Below the pieces are notes generated by a model. The model ran no database searches, was not told where the DNA came from, and was given only the letters and a program-made list of their open reading frames with translations. The position numbers and the translations under genes were made by a program. From the IMG/VR virus record IMGVR_UViG_3300032030_000005, positions 128,001 to 192,000 of that record: a stretch of 64,000 nt of DNA, one strand, 5' to 3'. Of the stretch, positions 50,601 through 59,794 are shown piece after piece. The stretch's first letter is position 1. Every line of letters starts with the position of its first letter. Origin of the DNA: a virus (taxonomy: Duplodnaviria; Caudoviricetes).

Positions 50601-53600
50601 TAAATATTGAAAATACTGATAAAGCAACTTTCTTAAATATGAGAGTTAATATCAATAATAAAAATATCCCTGAAAATGATAGATACTATGAATTTGATTA
50701 TCAGTTAATTTCAACATCAACTCCTATAGATCCTGATGATTATGTATTTAATGAGCACAATCTTGTTAAAAATTCAGTTATCTTTGAAGAAAATGATATT
50801 TATAAGAATGTATATGTATATATGCCTCGTACATTACTTGAAAAAGGTAGCTTTAATTTCATGAAAGATGAGAATGATGCTATTATTAAAAGAAATGAAA
50901 AGACATATTTAATTAACTATAAAAATGTATTAGACCCATCATTCGATAACAGTATCGTTGAAAATTATGCAAATATTATTAAAAATAATACATCTGATCT
51001 TTATAGTATACCAGCTAAACTTAATTATAAGATTATAGATAATTATTTCCCTAATAATGCTAATACATATACAGTTACTAAACTTCCTTATAAATTTAAT
51101 ACTAGAGATTATTTCATTGCTAATATAAATAATGGTATTGAAGATATTAATCGTTTGTATTTTAGATGGAGATATATTGGTGATCTTCCTATTAATAAGA
51201 AAACTACAAGTAGTGATCCTTCAATATACGATGATGATGAAGTTAAAGAAACAGAATATGATTATTATGTGTTATCATATATTCGTAAGGGATATGATAA
51301 TGAAGAAATTAATGAAAAGACAATTATAAAAGATGTTAGCAAAATGTTAAAGGGATATCTTTCAAGAACATTTGATGCTTCATATAGTGCTTATGATTTT
51401 ATGATTAATAAGCTTGATACATCTGAAGATTTTAAATGGGCATATATAAATATTCCTAAGAAAGCTACAAATTGTACTTTATTTAATATTATAGTGGCTA
51501 AACAAAAGTATAATTATGAACAACAAATACAAGGTGATCCACACTTTGATGATTTTAATGATACTTGTTGGTTTGATGAAATCTTATTTGAAGAAAGCAT
51601 AGACTATTCAGTATTTTTAAATATCAATAAACTTAAGAAGATTACTATTCCATATGAAAAAGTAAAAATTACATATGATGAATATATAGACTTCTTAGAG
51701 TATATGGAAAATTCTATAATATTTACTACTAGTAATTATAATTATAAAATAGAATTTGCATACCAACCAAATATTGATTATACTAATAAAAATAATAACC
51801 CTATAAATCTTATAGCTACTGAAAATATTAATAATGATAAAGATACATTAATGAGTAATGTATTTAATAAAATGATATTCATTCCAAAACATGACTTCTA
51901 TTTCCAATATTCAAATTTAGCTGAAGGTTCAGAATATGAATCAAGTTTAATTCCTATCAAAGTATATGGTGCATATAATAATAAGACAACAGATTACTGT
52001 CAATATTTTAATGCTGATTATATGGAATGGATTGGAGGAAGTATCCTTGGTGGAGGATATTATAGGCCATTAAATATTTATAGAGATTTTATTAAATGGA
52101 AATATAAATATAATACATATGATGAGTATGATAACTTCATCTGGAGTTTAATTTTAGAAGAAGCTGATATTCTTAATTTCAAGTTAAATCCTAATGATGG
52201 TTCATTTACTTTATATGATACTAAGATGAGCACTGATGTATGGTGGTATAATGATAATACTAATGAAAATTGGTGGGATAATTCTATTTATAGAAATATC
52301 TGGATAAATGAAAATTATATGCCACTTAAATCTACAACATTCTCAGAAGAAGTAAATGTTTATACTGATGAAATGTATAATAATGGTTTATCTTATAATA
52401 CTAGTGCTATTGGTTTATTAAATCTTTCAACAAATCTTAATGATATAACGCATCATGGTATTGAAAAACGTTTATTACCGACAGTATATATAGACGGATT
52501 AAAATTATTTAATGAATGCTATTATCATAAAGACTTAATGAATAACTGTCAGGATATATACATAGATCCAAGCAATGTTAGAAGTTATTTTGTTGATACA
52601 AATGAATTCCCATTCTTTAGTCGTTTAATAGGATTAATGAATACTGTAAATCAGAATCAAAAAGCATATTTAAAAGCTTATAATAAATGGATTGAAGAAG
52701 GTAGTTCATTATCTGATAAACCTGAAGAACCTAGTCATACAATTAACCTTAAAGATATACTTTCTAATATTGAAGTTAATACTAACTTTGGTTTAATTTC
52801 TGAACAAGAAAAATTAGTAGCTTATATAGAAGTTAAAGATAAGATAAATGAAACTGGAACGGTTACTAGAATTGTTAAATCTTTAAATAATGAAACCGGT
52901 GCATACTTTGTATCAGATTATTCAGAAACTAATATTAATGATGATTTAACAATTGATGAAAATAATCTTGTTGAACCTTCTGAAAATGTAATCTCTAATT
53001 GCTTAAATTTACAATTCGATGATCAATATATTAAGAATATTATTAACAATAATGATAGAATTAATATTTATATTTCTTATAGAAATGATATTGGTGGTAA
53101 ATATGCAAGAAGAATTAATCCTAAGTTTGTAAGCGTTAATATTGAAAACCAGAATATTAATTTACAAATTAGAGGTCTTTATACATATGAACATTTAAGT
53201 ACTATTTATATAGTAACAGGTGATATTAATAATCATAATATGTTCTTCAGGAATATTGATTCTGAAATAGAATATATTGATTTAGTAGAACTTGGTAGTA
53301 TGTCAGATGGTACATTATTTAAATGGTTATCATATGATACAATTGTATCTTCTAAAGATGTAGAAATTAATATGAATGGATATATCTTATATCCTGAAAT
53401 AGATTATACTATTATCAATAGTGAAGATAATGCTAATAACACAAATCTCATCATGTTCAGAAATAAAGTACCTTCAAATGGTAATATCAGTGTTGAAATA
53501 AATCTTAGACCAGACAGTCAATCTAAGTTAGTATATAAGACTAGTCAGGCTAAATCTATGTGTATCAATTATGTCAATAACTCTTATAAGAAAGTACCTA

Positions 53601-55357
53601 TTGCTAAAACTATAACACTTGATAACGATAAGTACCAATTCTTATCATCTACTGTTAACGGTCAAAAGATTAATAAGTTTGAAGTGTTTATTAATAATAT
53701 GAAAGTACCTAATCAGTTTATTAATATTGTAAACTCTAAAACTATTAATTTAACAGTAAATGATAAAGATTATGCTATTGATATGCATAAAACACATATT
53801 GCTAAATGGAATGAAAATACAAAACAATATGAAATTACTACATTATATAATGATGCTGAAAAAGATAATTACAGATATTTCGATCCGTTATATGAGAATA
53901 TTCTTATTGTATTCCAGAATAAGTTTAATCCTTATAATTACGAAACAGAAATAGCTAATAAGTATTCTAATGATAACTTTGCTTCATTACTTGATAACTT
54001 ATTCTTTAGGTTAGAACAAGTTGATAAAAATAATAATTTAGAATTAACTAATAGCTGTTATGTACCTAAGAATAGTAATCATATTTATGATAACTTTGAC
54101 TGGTTATGTAAGAATAAAGAAACTTCTGAAATAGAAAATAATGATAATACTAAAGTAACAGTATTAAATAATGTAGACAATATTATTAACTGTAATGATG
54201 ATAGTTTATCATTTAATATTTCATTTGATAGTAAACCTATTGAAAATAATTTATTAATTGATAATATCTTATTTGACTGTAATCCAATTGATAGTGTATT
54301 AGATAACAGTATGGTGGCTGGTATATTTAAATTTAATAGTTTTGCTTTAAACGCAGATTATTTTAATTATCTTAATAATACAGGTAACTTATTATTTGAT
54401 ACAGTCTATACACAAAAGGGAGATCATAGAGTTAGAACAATAGTTCTTTATATTGCTAGAACAACTAGAGATAGTGAAGATCCTTTAGTATTTGAAAGAA
54501 CTTACCTTGTTCATCATATAGATCCTTCTGATTATATAAAAGATTATACAAATAAGAATTTAGATCCAGCTATTGAATACAATATGGAAAATGAAACAGT
54601 TACTAAAGAAACTAAACTTGTATTTAAATTAATAGCATATGATGAAGATGGTTTTGCTATCGATACTAGTGAAGAAACAGTATATACTGATGAATCTGGT
54701 GAAATTAAACTTCAGGGTGGATTCACTTATGATGTTGAAGATCAGGTATATGATAATAATAGAGGCACATGTTATTGTCTTGCTAACTTCACAGAACATA
54801 ATACTGGTACTAAATTAATTCTCTTAAAGGAAGTAGATGGAGAATTTATAGAAGCTAATGATATTAATGGTAAGAACCCTATGTCTATTAGATATTATCA
54901 GGAAGATAATAGAAATATTTATCTACCAGCTGGTACTAATACAGATAAGGTTGTAGATCCAGAACATCCATTAACTCCAGAAGATGCTCCAAGAAATATG
55001 GTTGTTTATAATGTATTCCCATTAACACCTGCAGACTTTAGTCTTGATGGTATTAGATGTAAATATATTGCAACAACTGCTAATGATCACATAGTTGCTG
55101 AATCTGAAGTATTTAGTTATGTACCAAAAGTATCTAAAGACTTCATTCTCGGTGATAAAGATCCAGTTAATAGAACATGTACACTTATTATGTATATAGG
55201 TGATGGATCTATTACAGAAATCCCTAAGAGAGTTATGGATCCGGTAGACGAAACAGATACTTTATTCTATAAACCAATAACTATTGAAGCAACGTGCTTT
55301 AACTACACTCCAATAGGAAGTCTTGATATTAAAAACTCAATTATTGATATCGAATAA
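44624..55357 (+). CDS. Giant (3577 aa) virion protein, probably tail/baseplate, with a C-terminal BspA-like LRR fragment
   Basis: Uninterrupted 10.7-kb ORF, AGGAGG RBS, beta-rich N/D/Y/T composition; ends TLIMYIG..ITEIP..ITIEATCFNYTPI.S..I.NSI..IE. Confidence 0.7.
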   Translation: MSNKKDGIFSLIDEKNFSYRNYNNETDHYTYKIDKIFNYDSYLFVLFSKLYLENKLIGDSVTRNHLYLITIEKNGREITDTTALEKELFELIDNNKVVDLYAGKYKATIIINNSAFNATISKITSDPAEGNPWARVYRKLKATSDLTEVSFKKINTNLNDTVHIIDDEPITITNEKDEYTYADIDQFITLYHNIPTNNGTIDMYGTNSGRIGINNITSNTITEEERAQLTNINDSNRMLYNYEYYWDSSIESEDYSVDMKFFNQFLYNRDYNDNTLMGDMNTLKIFPYYEKNYFGGLTVDGRTSTNIHNYTYKDKAFITDCLLTTNIDDNYINFKSLNACTSQESKDIPIVFFNPLLMSQSELLEVDSKLIYREDDKIIDNYISTDYKTKTAKYMPYSLYSYSSKYNTSGILQYIDITAEMTNVLTSLEVKNYLQPIKVFYNYYFLYDPTTHKLEQRKLLSKIHFNNEDIKIETDFDWVNASISKITINETTVNIEHSTIEMNYRLAFFTDSFNEILAGNNIFILPRLDPITYNDLLDDKNSQENAMVCYIEEVDMSSVDNSTLPFYTIKQYVYNSADHEWTLDDDIIMMIIPKDSNCNIKMNNLRMNVPTTSSNISGCRVERFKYYDPNEIGVWAELDKQTTDETFFYMNNPLIKKDTKTFINATSVDNVFYNTNNTTSVKYTNNTSVYNIERELNDLYPNVSYDSQLVNFNNFGKDNKYKNTSLPAYLVDIDGEGTFYDGRLLYNNENDNEKKLRNNYNTTFENIVNHYMTVPGRSPFDRFEEVLKELNPLFNINKTYLYLISKGVNCSGIYYNTSGVINTTTDTLESDKYFILDRINISNLKEFSKLANITLENIEDITLKTNYPIYYKFEDITIKTIANYYQSLLELLIRISADDSIELLFTNNEYDMSTTIMNSLTMKTSVKPFESINAAYILSRHYFYDGAVSIKDLITFGIRDNHLIYEGIYNEENKYILRNKFIKSSREIDPQNQSDHDFVEPYYWTDTNMKQVKNNNPFIVDTNRIYSRGYNFNEFESNGVPKLNAYGISEGYFRSQKTASEYFEDNNISCLINVNLADDVIEIYHTKHTITETVDHTLLLNPDIPAIFLDEVKNNASTNSITNQTFMELAFSGYGNSGSSSCKICATLLAQVAVLEQLDKFYLVDRNNKMCVYIVEYTVNGSTSSLRITKLMNEAKVVDIIANTYYGKLDINLTNMSTTITTPTTTVPDLGLRTTYIKDTGKKYITINTSNLSYRKLITQSYNNTTIDKIKAARHISIITPNNEKVYFLDPDKDFIGFVRFEDWGDVADKSNWVNYIKPEDALPYKVAHNKEFYVAGDESIDYMYVNILDESTITQDDIRLSSKNFIEDYLLNRKTYITYYTKVGNDIAYKSINKDIDENFNKYVMAVDSSQLYITTNDNYVDHLIGTSTPSETFYMTCRYGKVYANFDLNSITEDENFKNFFNITGYRYLPYTNFYSTKFIFVDDSNSSRESSKQIAVLKNNGIVTLDAQQFLLDPDTAIFNFKFLHENNDIYKYYTTFEDKLYAVDGHKKTLSNAPKAIYEIAFDENNLLTADINVYMTNEEIDVKYNYIDYLNLLDNNIPFYKINYNYSSNNEDSVPNYVYYAYSVNNTIVIVRTVLSAAPSAGYAEIMAVLKFEDNIILTGTDTFIMAIQDKWTYDLEDKKYRYKTAYSILKYEDIMQNLYENLNSEKSSLYNITTNLTFKNNMLVLKDTLIDDTSIIDENKSDYYNTVNQTVITDNLLEINNVTLYNIHKFAGSTSSKEEYRIFVCSNGRILVSNTIFNNTNETVEMVDFYTINGRVNNIYMETCDVDNNDIMCVASDKNELYIFKNLFKVTNPDYANEYEKYFGGELTKTSLKYKYNFNNEAIDLKNVTPDDERSAYYRETLTPTILNIGSSIDDISVCEQYLNTLNKSLINVTDNKIEFVNSIKYFKLLSNAFISNDINIDNNSINTDGTDDEDTYIKLENVANTLNIENTDKATFLNMRVNINNKNIPENDRYYEFDYQLISTSTPIDPDDYVFNEHNLVKNSVIFEENDIYKNVYVYMPRTLLEKGSFNFMKDENDAIIKRNEKTYLINYKNVLDPSFDNSIVENYANIIKNNTSDLYSIPAKLNYKIIDNYFPNNANTYTVTKLPYKFNTRDYFIANINNGIEDINRLYFRWRYIGDLPINKKTTSSDPSIYDDDEVKETEYDYYVLSYIRKGYDNEEINEKTIIKDVSKMLKGYLSRTFDASYSAYDFMINKLDTSEDFKWAYINIPKKATNCTLFNIIVAKQKYNYEQQIQGDPHFDDFNDTCWFDEILFEESIDYSVFLNINKLKKITIPYEKVKITYDEYIDFLEYMENSIIFTTSNYNYKIEFAYQPNIDYTNKNNNPINLIATENINNDKDTLMSNVFNKMIFIPKHDFYFQYSNLAEGSEYESSLIPIKVYGAYNNKTTDYCQYFNADYMEWIGGSILGGGYYRPLNIYRDFIKWKYKYNTYDEYDNFIWSLILEEADILNFKLNPNDGSFTLYDTKMSTDVWWYNDNTNENWWDNSIYRNIWINENYMPLKSTTFSEEVNVYTDEMYNNGLSYNTSAIGLLNLSTNLNDITHHGIEKRLLPTVYIDGLKLFNECYYHKDLMNNCQDIYIDPSNVRSYFVDTNEFPFFSRLIGLMNTVNQNQKAYLKAYNKWIEEGSSLSDKPEEPSHTINLKDILSNIEVNTNFGLISEQEKLVAYIEVKDKINETGTVTRIVKSLNNETGAYFVSDYSETNINDDLTIDENNLVEPSENVISNCLNLQFDDQYIKNIINNNDRINIYISYRNDIGGKYARRINPKFVSVNIENQNINLQIRGLYTYEHLSTIYIVTGDINNHNMFFRNIDSEIEYIDLVELGSMSDGTLFKWLSYDTIVSSKDVEINMNGYILYPEIDYTIINSEDNANNTNLIMFRNKVPSNGNISVEINLRPDSQSKLVYKTSQAKSMCINYVNNSYKKVPIAKTITLDNDKYQFLSSTVNGQKINKFEVFINNMKVPNQFINIVNSKTINLTVNDKDYAIDMHKTHIAKWNENTKQYEITTLYNDAEKDNYRYFDPLYENILIVFQNKFNPYNYETEIANKYSNDNFASLLDNLFFRLEQVDKNNNLELTNSCYVPKNSNHIYDNFDWLCKNKETSEIENNDNTKVTVLNNVDNIINCNDDSLSFNISFDSKPIENNLLIDNILFDCNPIDSVLDNSMVAGIFKFNSFALNADYFNYLNNTGNLLFDTVYTQKGDHRVRTIVLYIARTTRDSEDPLVFERTYLVHHIDPSDYIKDYTNKNLDPAIEYNMENETVTKETKLVFKLIAYDEDGFAIDTSEETVYTDESGEIKLQGGFTYDVEDQVYDNNRGTCYCLANFTEHNTGTKLILLKEVDGEFIEANDINGKNPMSIRYYQEDNRNIYLPAGTNTDKVVDPEHPLTPEDAPRNMVVYNVFPLTPADFSLDGIRCKYIATTANDHIVAESEVFSYVPKVSKDFILGDKDPVNRTCTLIMYIGDGSITEIPKRVMDPVDETDTLFYKPITIEATCFNYTPIGSLDIKNSIIDIE

Positions 55358-55366
55358 AAAAAAAAG

Positions 55367-55393
55367 ACCCTTAAGGCAATAAGCCTTAAGGGT
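55367..55393. terminator. Bidirectional CCCTTAAG hairpin overlapping the stop codon of 55386..56048
   Basis: ACCCTTAAGGC-aataa-GCCTTAAGGGT. Confidence 0.8.
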
Positions 55394-56048
55394 TATTATT
55401 TTTAAGTTGTTCTAATTCTTCTAGAGTATCATATCTTATTACTGTACATGATGGTGGGAATACTCTATCTTCTATTATAGTAGAATTAGGCACATATGCA
55501 GTTTGAACGCTACTTTCAAAGAAGGATTCAGATTTTAAGATTTGTACCTGTAATGGAATAGTTATTGTAGTTATAGGAGTATGAGCGAAAGCTCCTAAGA
55601 GTTCAGGATGATCTGTATGAGTCTTTAAAACTGTTCCATCATTTCTATAGTTCTCTTCTATATTAAATACATTCCAAGGAAATTCTTTCTTAAAGTATGC
55701 TAAGTCTTCCATATATATGATAGATAATTCATTATCCCTATCAGTAAATTCTTCTAATTTCCAAATATTAAGAGGGAACTTATGTTTAAACTTAGCTAAA
55801 TCTTTTTCTTCAAATATCATTAAACCAGAATCTTCATCAAATTTCCAAGTATTTAATGGAAATTCTTTCTTTAATAATACTACATTTGGCATATAATATT
55901 CTTGTAAATTAGAATCTTCTAATTTCCATGTATTTATAGGAAACTCTTCTTTAAATAATACTATATCTTCTGCTTCAATATTTCTTAAATCTTTATTTCC
56001 TTGACCATCATCATAAATATACCATACTTCACCAGCCATGATAGTCAC
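55386..56048 (-). CDS. Repeat protein (four FKxEFPxNxW units) with a C-terminal BspA-like LRR
   Basis: FKEEFPINTWK, LKKEFPLNTWK, FKHKFPLNIWK, FKKEFPWNVFN; GAFAHTPITTITIP..V..L.SESF. Confidence 0.65.
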   Translation of the reverse strand: MTIMAGEVWYIYDDGQGNKDLRNIEAEDIVLFKEEFPINTWKLEDSNLQEYYMPNVVLLKKEFPLNTWKFDEDSGLMIFEEKDLAKFKHKFPLNIWKLEEFTDRDNELSIIYMEDLAYFKKEFPWNVFNIEENYRNDGTVLKTHTDHPELLGAFAHTPITTITIPLQVQILKSESFFESSVQTAYVPNSTIIEDRVFPPSCTVIRYDTLEELEQLKNNNP

Positions 56049-56053
56049 CTCTT

Positions 56054-57223
56054 TTATCCTTCATCTTCATACATAATTGGGAATCCCATTTGTATTAACC
56101 AGTCTTTGTCTACTAATTGAGCATCTGTAGGAAATTTTATATTTGAATTCCATGATAAATTACTATCCAATAATAAATTTGTGTTAATTAAATTTGTATT
56201 AGTCCAATTACCTTGAACGTTATATACACTATTATCATATGGATGAAGAGTCGTAAATCCAGTATATACTGAAGCAGCAGGTGTTTTTGCTTTAATTTTA
56301 AATACATTATTTGAAAATAAGCCTAAAATTGTTGTACCACCTGCTGAACCTGTATCACCAGTCATATACATATCTAATGATAAATAATTATCATTATATA
56401 AATATATATTAAATTTATTATTTTCTATAGTATAACCTGTAAAACCACCACTAGAAGTACCTCTAAATAACAGATATTTTTTATTTTGAATATCCATAGT
56501 AAGTTTAAAATTATTATTAGTAATTTTAACATTATTATTCCTAATTTCAGCAATATATTTTGTACTATTTATTGGAGTAACAACTCTTATATTAAAACTA
56601 TTATTTAATATATACGCTGGATAATTATTCCCAGTATATATTAATTGTTGGTCGTGTTTATTAATTACTATTGAAATTTTACAATTTTTAAGAATAGCCG
56701 GTTTACCTGATCCACCATCCATTTTAATTATTGCACCCGATTCAGTTGATTGCCCATTATTAAAATAAGCATTTACTATATTTAAATTAGAAATTGAACT
56801 GCCTATTGAATTTTGAGTCACTGTCAAAAAAGGATTATTACCAACATTTGTAATATAGAAATTTTTAATAGTGCAATCATTTCCATCAATAATATCTCCA
56901 TTTGATGTAAATACATGTGTTGCTCCTTCTGGCATAACTTTATTCATATCTATAGTCTTTTTCTTTCTAGATATATCTTCTGTTGTATCACCAGTTTTAA
57001 CAGATTCTTGTTCCCAGCTAGCTATTTCATTTGCAAATTTTATATATAAATTTTTAGTACTAAGATGTGTTAAATAATCAAATAATTCATAGCTATCAGG
57101 TCTAAATGGATTAACTTCAGTACCATCACCGGCAACAGCGTAATATTCCATTGCAATAGGATTCCAACCGTATAATACTCCTTCTTCGATTTTAGGATCT
57201 GGCATATTAATCATTCCTTTCAT
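56054..57223 (-). CDS. Putative beta-helix receptor-binding/tail protein
   Basis: GDGTEVNPF start motif, IDGNDCTIKNFY, repeated I.NN.F.I strands. Confidence 0.55.
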   Translation of the reverse strand: MKGMINMPDPKIEEGVLYGWNPIAMEYYAVAGDGTEVNPFRPDSYELFDYLTHLSTKNLYIKFANEIASWEQESVKTGDTTEDISRKKKTIDMNKVMPEGATHVFTSNGDIIDGNDCTIKNFYITNVGNNPFLTVTQNSIGSSISNLNIVNAYFNNGQSTESGAIIKMDGGSGKPAILKNCKISIVINKHDQQLIYTGNNYPAYILNNSFNIRVVTPINSTKYIAEIRNNNVKITNNNFKLTMDIQNKKYLLFRGTSSGGFTGYTIENNKFNIYLYNDNYLSLDMYMTGDTGSAGGTTILGLFSNNVFKIKAKTPAASVYTGFTTLHPYDNSVYNVQGNWTNTNLINTNLLLDSNLSWNSNIKFPTDAQLVDKDWLIQMGFPIMYEDEG

Positions 57224-57297
57224 TAATTATTTAATAAAACGTATTATTATAATAAAAAGTTTTATTTAATATTTATATAGAAAGTGAGGTTTTAATT

Positions 57298-58539
57298 ATG
57301 GCATATTGTCACGGAAGCAATATATCACCTCAAAATCCAATTATTCTTGAATGTTGGCAGGATTTATTAGATTATTGGATTAAATCAACAGCTACAAAAG
57401 TTCATGATGTAGATAATGATGTTGATGTTAATTTAGTATATTATGTAGATCCTTATAATGGAGGAGATATAAATTCTGTAAATACATTTTTTAAATTTGC
57501 AGATGAAGTACCTGTTGATGAAAGAGAAACTATAAAATCTGGGGATAGTGCAGAAGTTATAGCTCAAAAAAAGAAAACTATAGATATGAACAAAGTAGCT
57601 CCTAGGGGCATTGATACCAGTTTATTAAAAAATAGTTATATTGATCTATTTGAATGTAAAGATGTTGATGTACTTTTAGGATTTTGTTTAGATAGAAACC
57701 ATTTTGGTACTTATCGTGGATTTATATCTTTTGATGGTAATGGTTTAATTATTAAAAATTTATATTTAGTTAAAAATACTACAAAACAAGTAATCTTTTC
57801 AACGCTTATGTCTAATAATATTGCATCATACGTACCAGCTGATAAAATTTATGCAAAAAATTTTAGTTTTTTAAATTGTTATATAAATTATCCGGGAACT
57901 TCAGAAACTCATTTATTTATGTTTAGAGGTTCTAAAGATGCAAATAATGAGCTTGTTGCATTAGAAAATTGTAAATTTAGTGTAATTGTGAATAATGGTT
58001 ATACCAATATGACAATTTTTCCACATGATCCAAATAATATTGAAAATTTAACTAATAGAGGTATTTATAATTCAAGTTTTAATATAAGATTAATAAATGG
58101 AATTAACTGTATAAGTACAATGAGATATCAATCTCCATATACAGCACCTATGTGTAACTGTAATATAAAAGTTTATACACCATCAGTAAGTAGATTATTT
58201 GATGGAAGTGCTTCAGATAGTTCAGCAGCTTTTTTAAATTGTAAATTTTTAGTCAAAGCAACTAATTTAAAAAATTTATATGGTGCTATGGATACAAAAT
58301 TTGCAAATTGTGTAATTGATGTTACCGATTGTCCTAATTTACAAGATTGGAATCCTGATACATTAACGGCTAGTGCTTCTAGTTCGACATTAATAGTATC
58401 TTATAGAGAATATAAATTAAATACTAATTTATATAATATAACAAGAAGCATTATAAAAAATGGTAAAGATGGTAAAACACCAGAAGAATATTTAATTGAA
58501 GTTTGTCATTTCCCTTTATTATGGGAAGATAATGGTTAA
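57298..58539 (+). CDS. Putative beta-helix receptor-binding/tail protein, paralogue of 56054..57223
   Basis: Shares KFA.E...E..K.GD..E.I..KKKTIDMNKV.P.G, DGN...IKN.Y, L.NCK.S, N.SFNIR and the C-terminal FP..(Y/W)ED.G. Confidence 0.6.
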   Translation: MAYCHGSNISPQNPIILECWQDLLDYWIKSTATKVHDVDNDVDVNLVYYVDPYNGGDINSVNTFFKFADEVPVDERETIKSGDSAEVIAQKKKTIDMNKVAPRGIDTSLLKNSYIDLFECKDVDVLLGFCLDRNHFGTYRGFISFDGNGLIIKNLYLVKNTTKQVIFSTLMSNNIASYVPADKIYAKNFSFLNCYINYPGTSETHLFMFRGSKDANNELVALENCKFSVIVNNGYTNMTIFPHDPNNIENLTNRGIYNSSFNIRLINGINCISTMRYQSPYTAPMCNCNIKVYTPSVSRLFDGSASDSSAAFLNCKFLVKATNLKNLYGAMDTKFANCVIDVTDCPNLQDWNPDTLTASASSSTLIVSYREYKLNTNLYNITRSIIKNGKDGKTPEEYLIEVCHFPLLWEDNG

Positions 58540-58547
58540 AAATAATA

Positions 58548-58577
58548 ATCCCTTAAGAGTATATACTCTTAAGGGAT
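58548..58577. terminator. Bidirectional CCCTTAAG hairpin terminator
   Basis: ATCCCTTAAGAGT-atat-ACTCTTAAGGGAT. Confidence 0.85.
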
Positions 58578-58584
58578 ATTTTAA

Positions 58585-59532
58585 TTATGAAAGAACTGCG
58601 TCCTTAAAACCAATAAATACTTCGTTTGATTCCTTCATCTTTTCATCAAAAGGAGCTTCATTAATTGGTCCATAATTCCATGGAAGGTCAATATTTTCAA
58701 TAGAATCCTTACCAACATAAGCCTTGTTTTCTTCTTCATCAACGAAGATTACTGAAGCTGTATCATAGTAATGTGTTTCAAACTTTTCATCTTCCATGCT
58801 CTTATATGTAACCTTAACAAGTCTTGTACATCTTCTATTAATATAAATATCTTCAATATCATATCCATCTAATTCGAGGAATGTCTTAAGCTTATATTCC
58901 TTATTAAGTGTCTTAACATTAACCCAATCTTCTGGATAATTATCATCATCTACAATTGGAGAAAGTGTTGCATTATTAACAATTCTAGTCACTGTATTCA
59001 TTACATTTCTAAGTGTTCCCGGTGTATGACCCTGAGCTGATAATACTCTAAGAACCTGAGATACATCTGTAATAAAGATGCTCATTTCATCATAATAAGC
59101 CTTAAGGTCTTCTTCAGGAATATTTTCCTTGTTATATTCAACAAGTCTTCTAAGTTCAAAATCAGCAAAGATTTCATAATCAATTAAATTTCTTTTACCC
59201 GGAAGAATAAACTTAATAAAGTTTTCATACTTTTCCTTATTATCTTTGCTAATTGAATAGTCAAATACCTTAATAATAAAGTCTTCATCAAATTCTCTAG
59301 TCTTCTTAAGTTCTTCAATTAATGTTTCTAATGTTGCTTCATCATCAATCTTATAATCATACTTACCATCAATTGTCTCATATGTCCAAAGACCATTAAA
59401 TCTTTCAAAGAAATAGAAATAATTACTCTTACTTGGCTGTGGAAGAATATATATTGCTGAAATATTCTTCAGAATAGACTTTTTTAATTCTTCATTATAA
59501 ATATTATAACTGTCTTTTGTAATATCAATCAT
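58585..59532 (-). CDS. Hypothetical phage protein
   Basis: AAGGAG RBS; C-terminal half with QGH..G/LSPI/W/NRRC pattern recalled from uncharacterised phage proteins. Confidence 0.6.
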   Translation of the reverse strand: MIDITKDSYNIYNEELKKSILKNISAIYILPQPSKSNYFYFFERFNGLWTYETIDGKYDYKIDDEATLETLIEELKKTREFDEDFIIKVFDYSISKDNKEKYENFIKFILPGKRNLIDYEIFADFELRRLVEYNKENIPEEDLKAYYDEMSIFITDVSQVLRVLSAQGHTPGTLRNVMNTVTRIVNNATLSPIVDDDNYPEDWVNVKTLNKEYKLKTFLELDGYDIEDIYINRRCTRLVKVTYKSMEDEKFETHYYDTASVIFVDEEENKAYVGKDSIENIDLPWNYGPINEAPFDEKMKESNEVFIGFKDAVLS

Positions 59533-59544
59533 TATTTGTATACT

Positions 59545-59780
59545 CCTTTTAATAAATAATTTAATTATAATTAATATTTTATTTTATAATTTTTTATTAA
59601 ATTTTATTTTTTATTATATTATATTATATTATATAATTTTTTTTTATTAAATTTTATTTTTTTTTTTATTAAATTTATTTATATTTATTAGTTATTTTAT
59701 AAATTTAATTTTTAAAATATTAAGATTTATTATATAAAAATTATAAATTCAACATATAGATATAAATTTTTTAATAAAAA
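59545..59780. other. Extreme AT tract with repeated TTTTTATTAAATTT; candidate replication origin or unwinding element
   Basis: About 235 bp with only a handful of G/C; three copies of the repeat between 59590 and 59675. Confidence 0.35.
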
Positions 59781-59794
59781 GGACGTGAATATTA

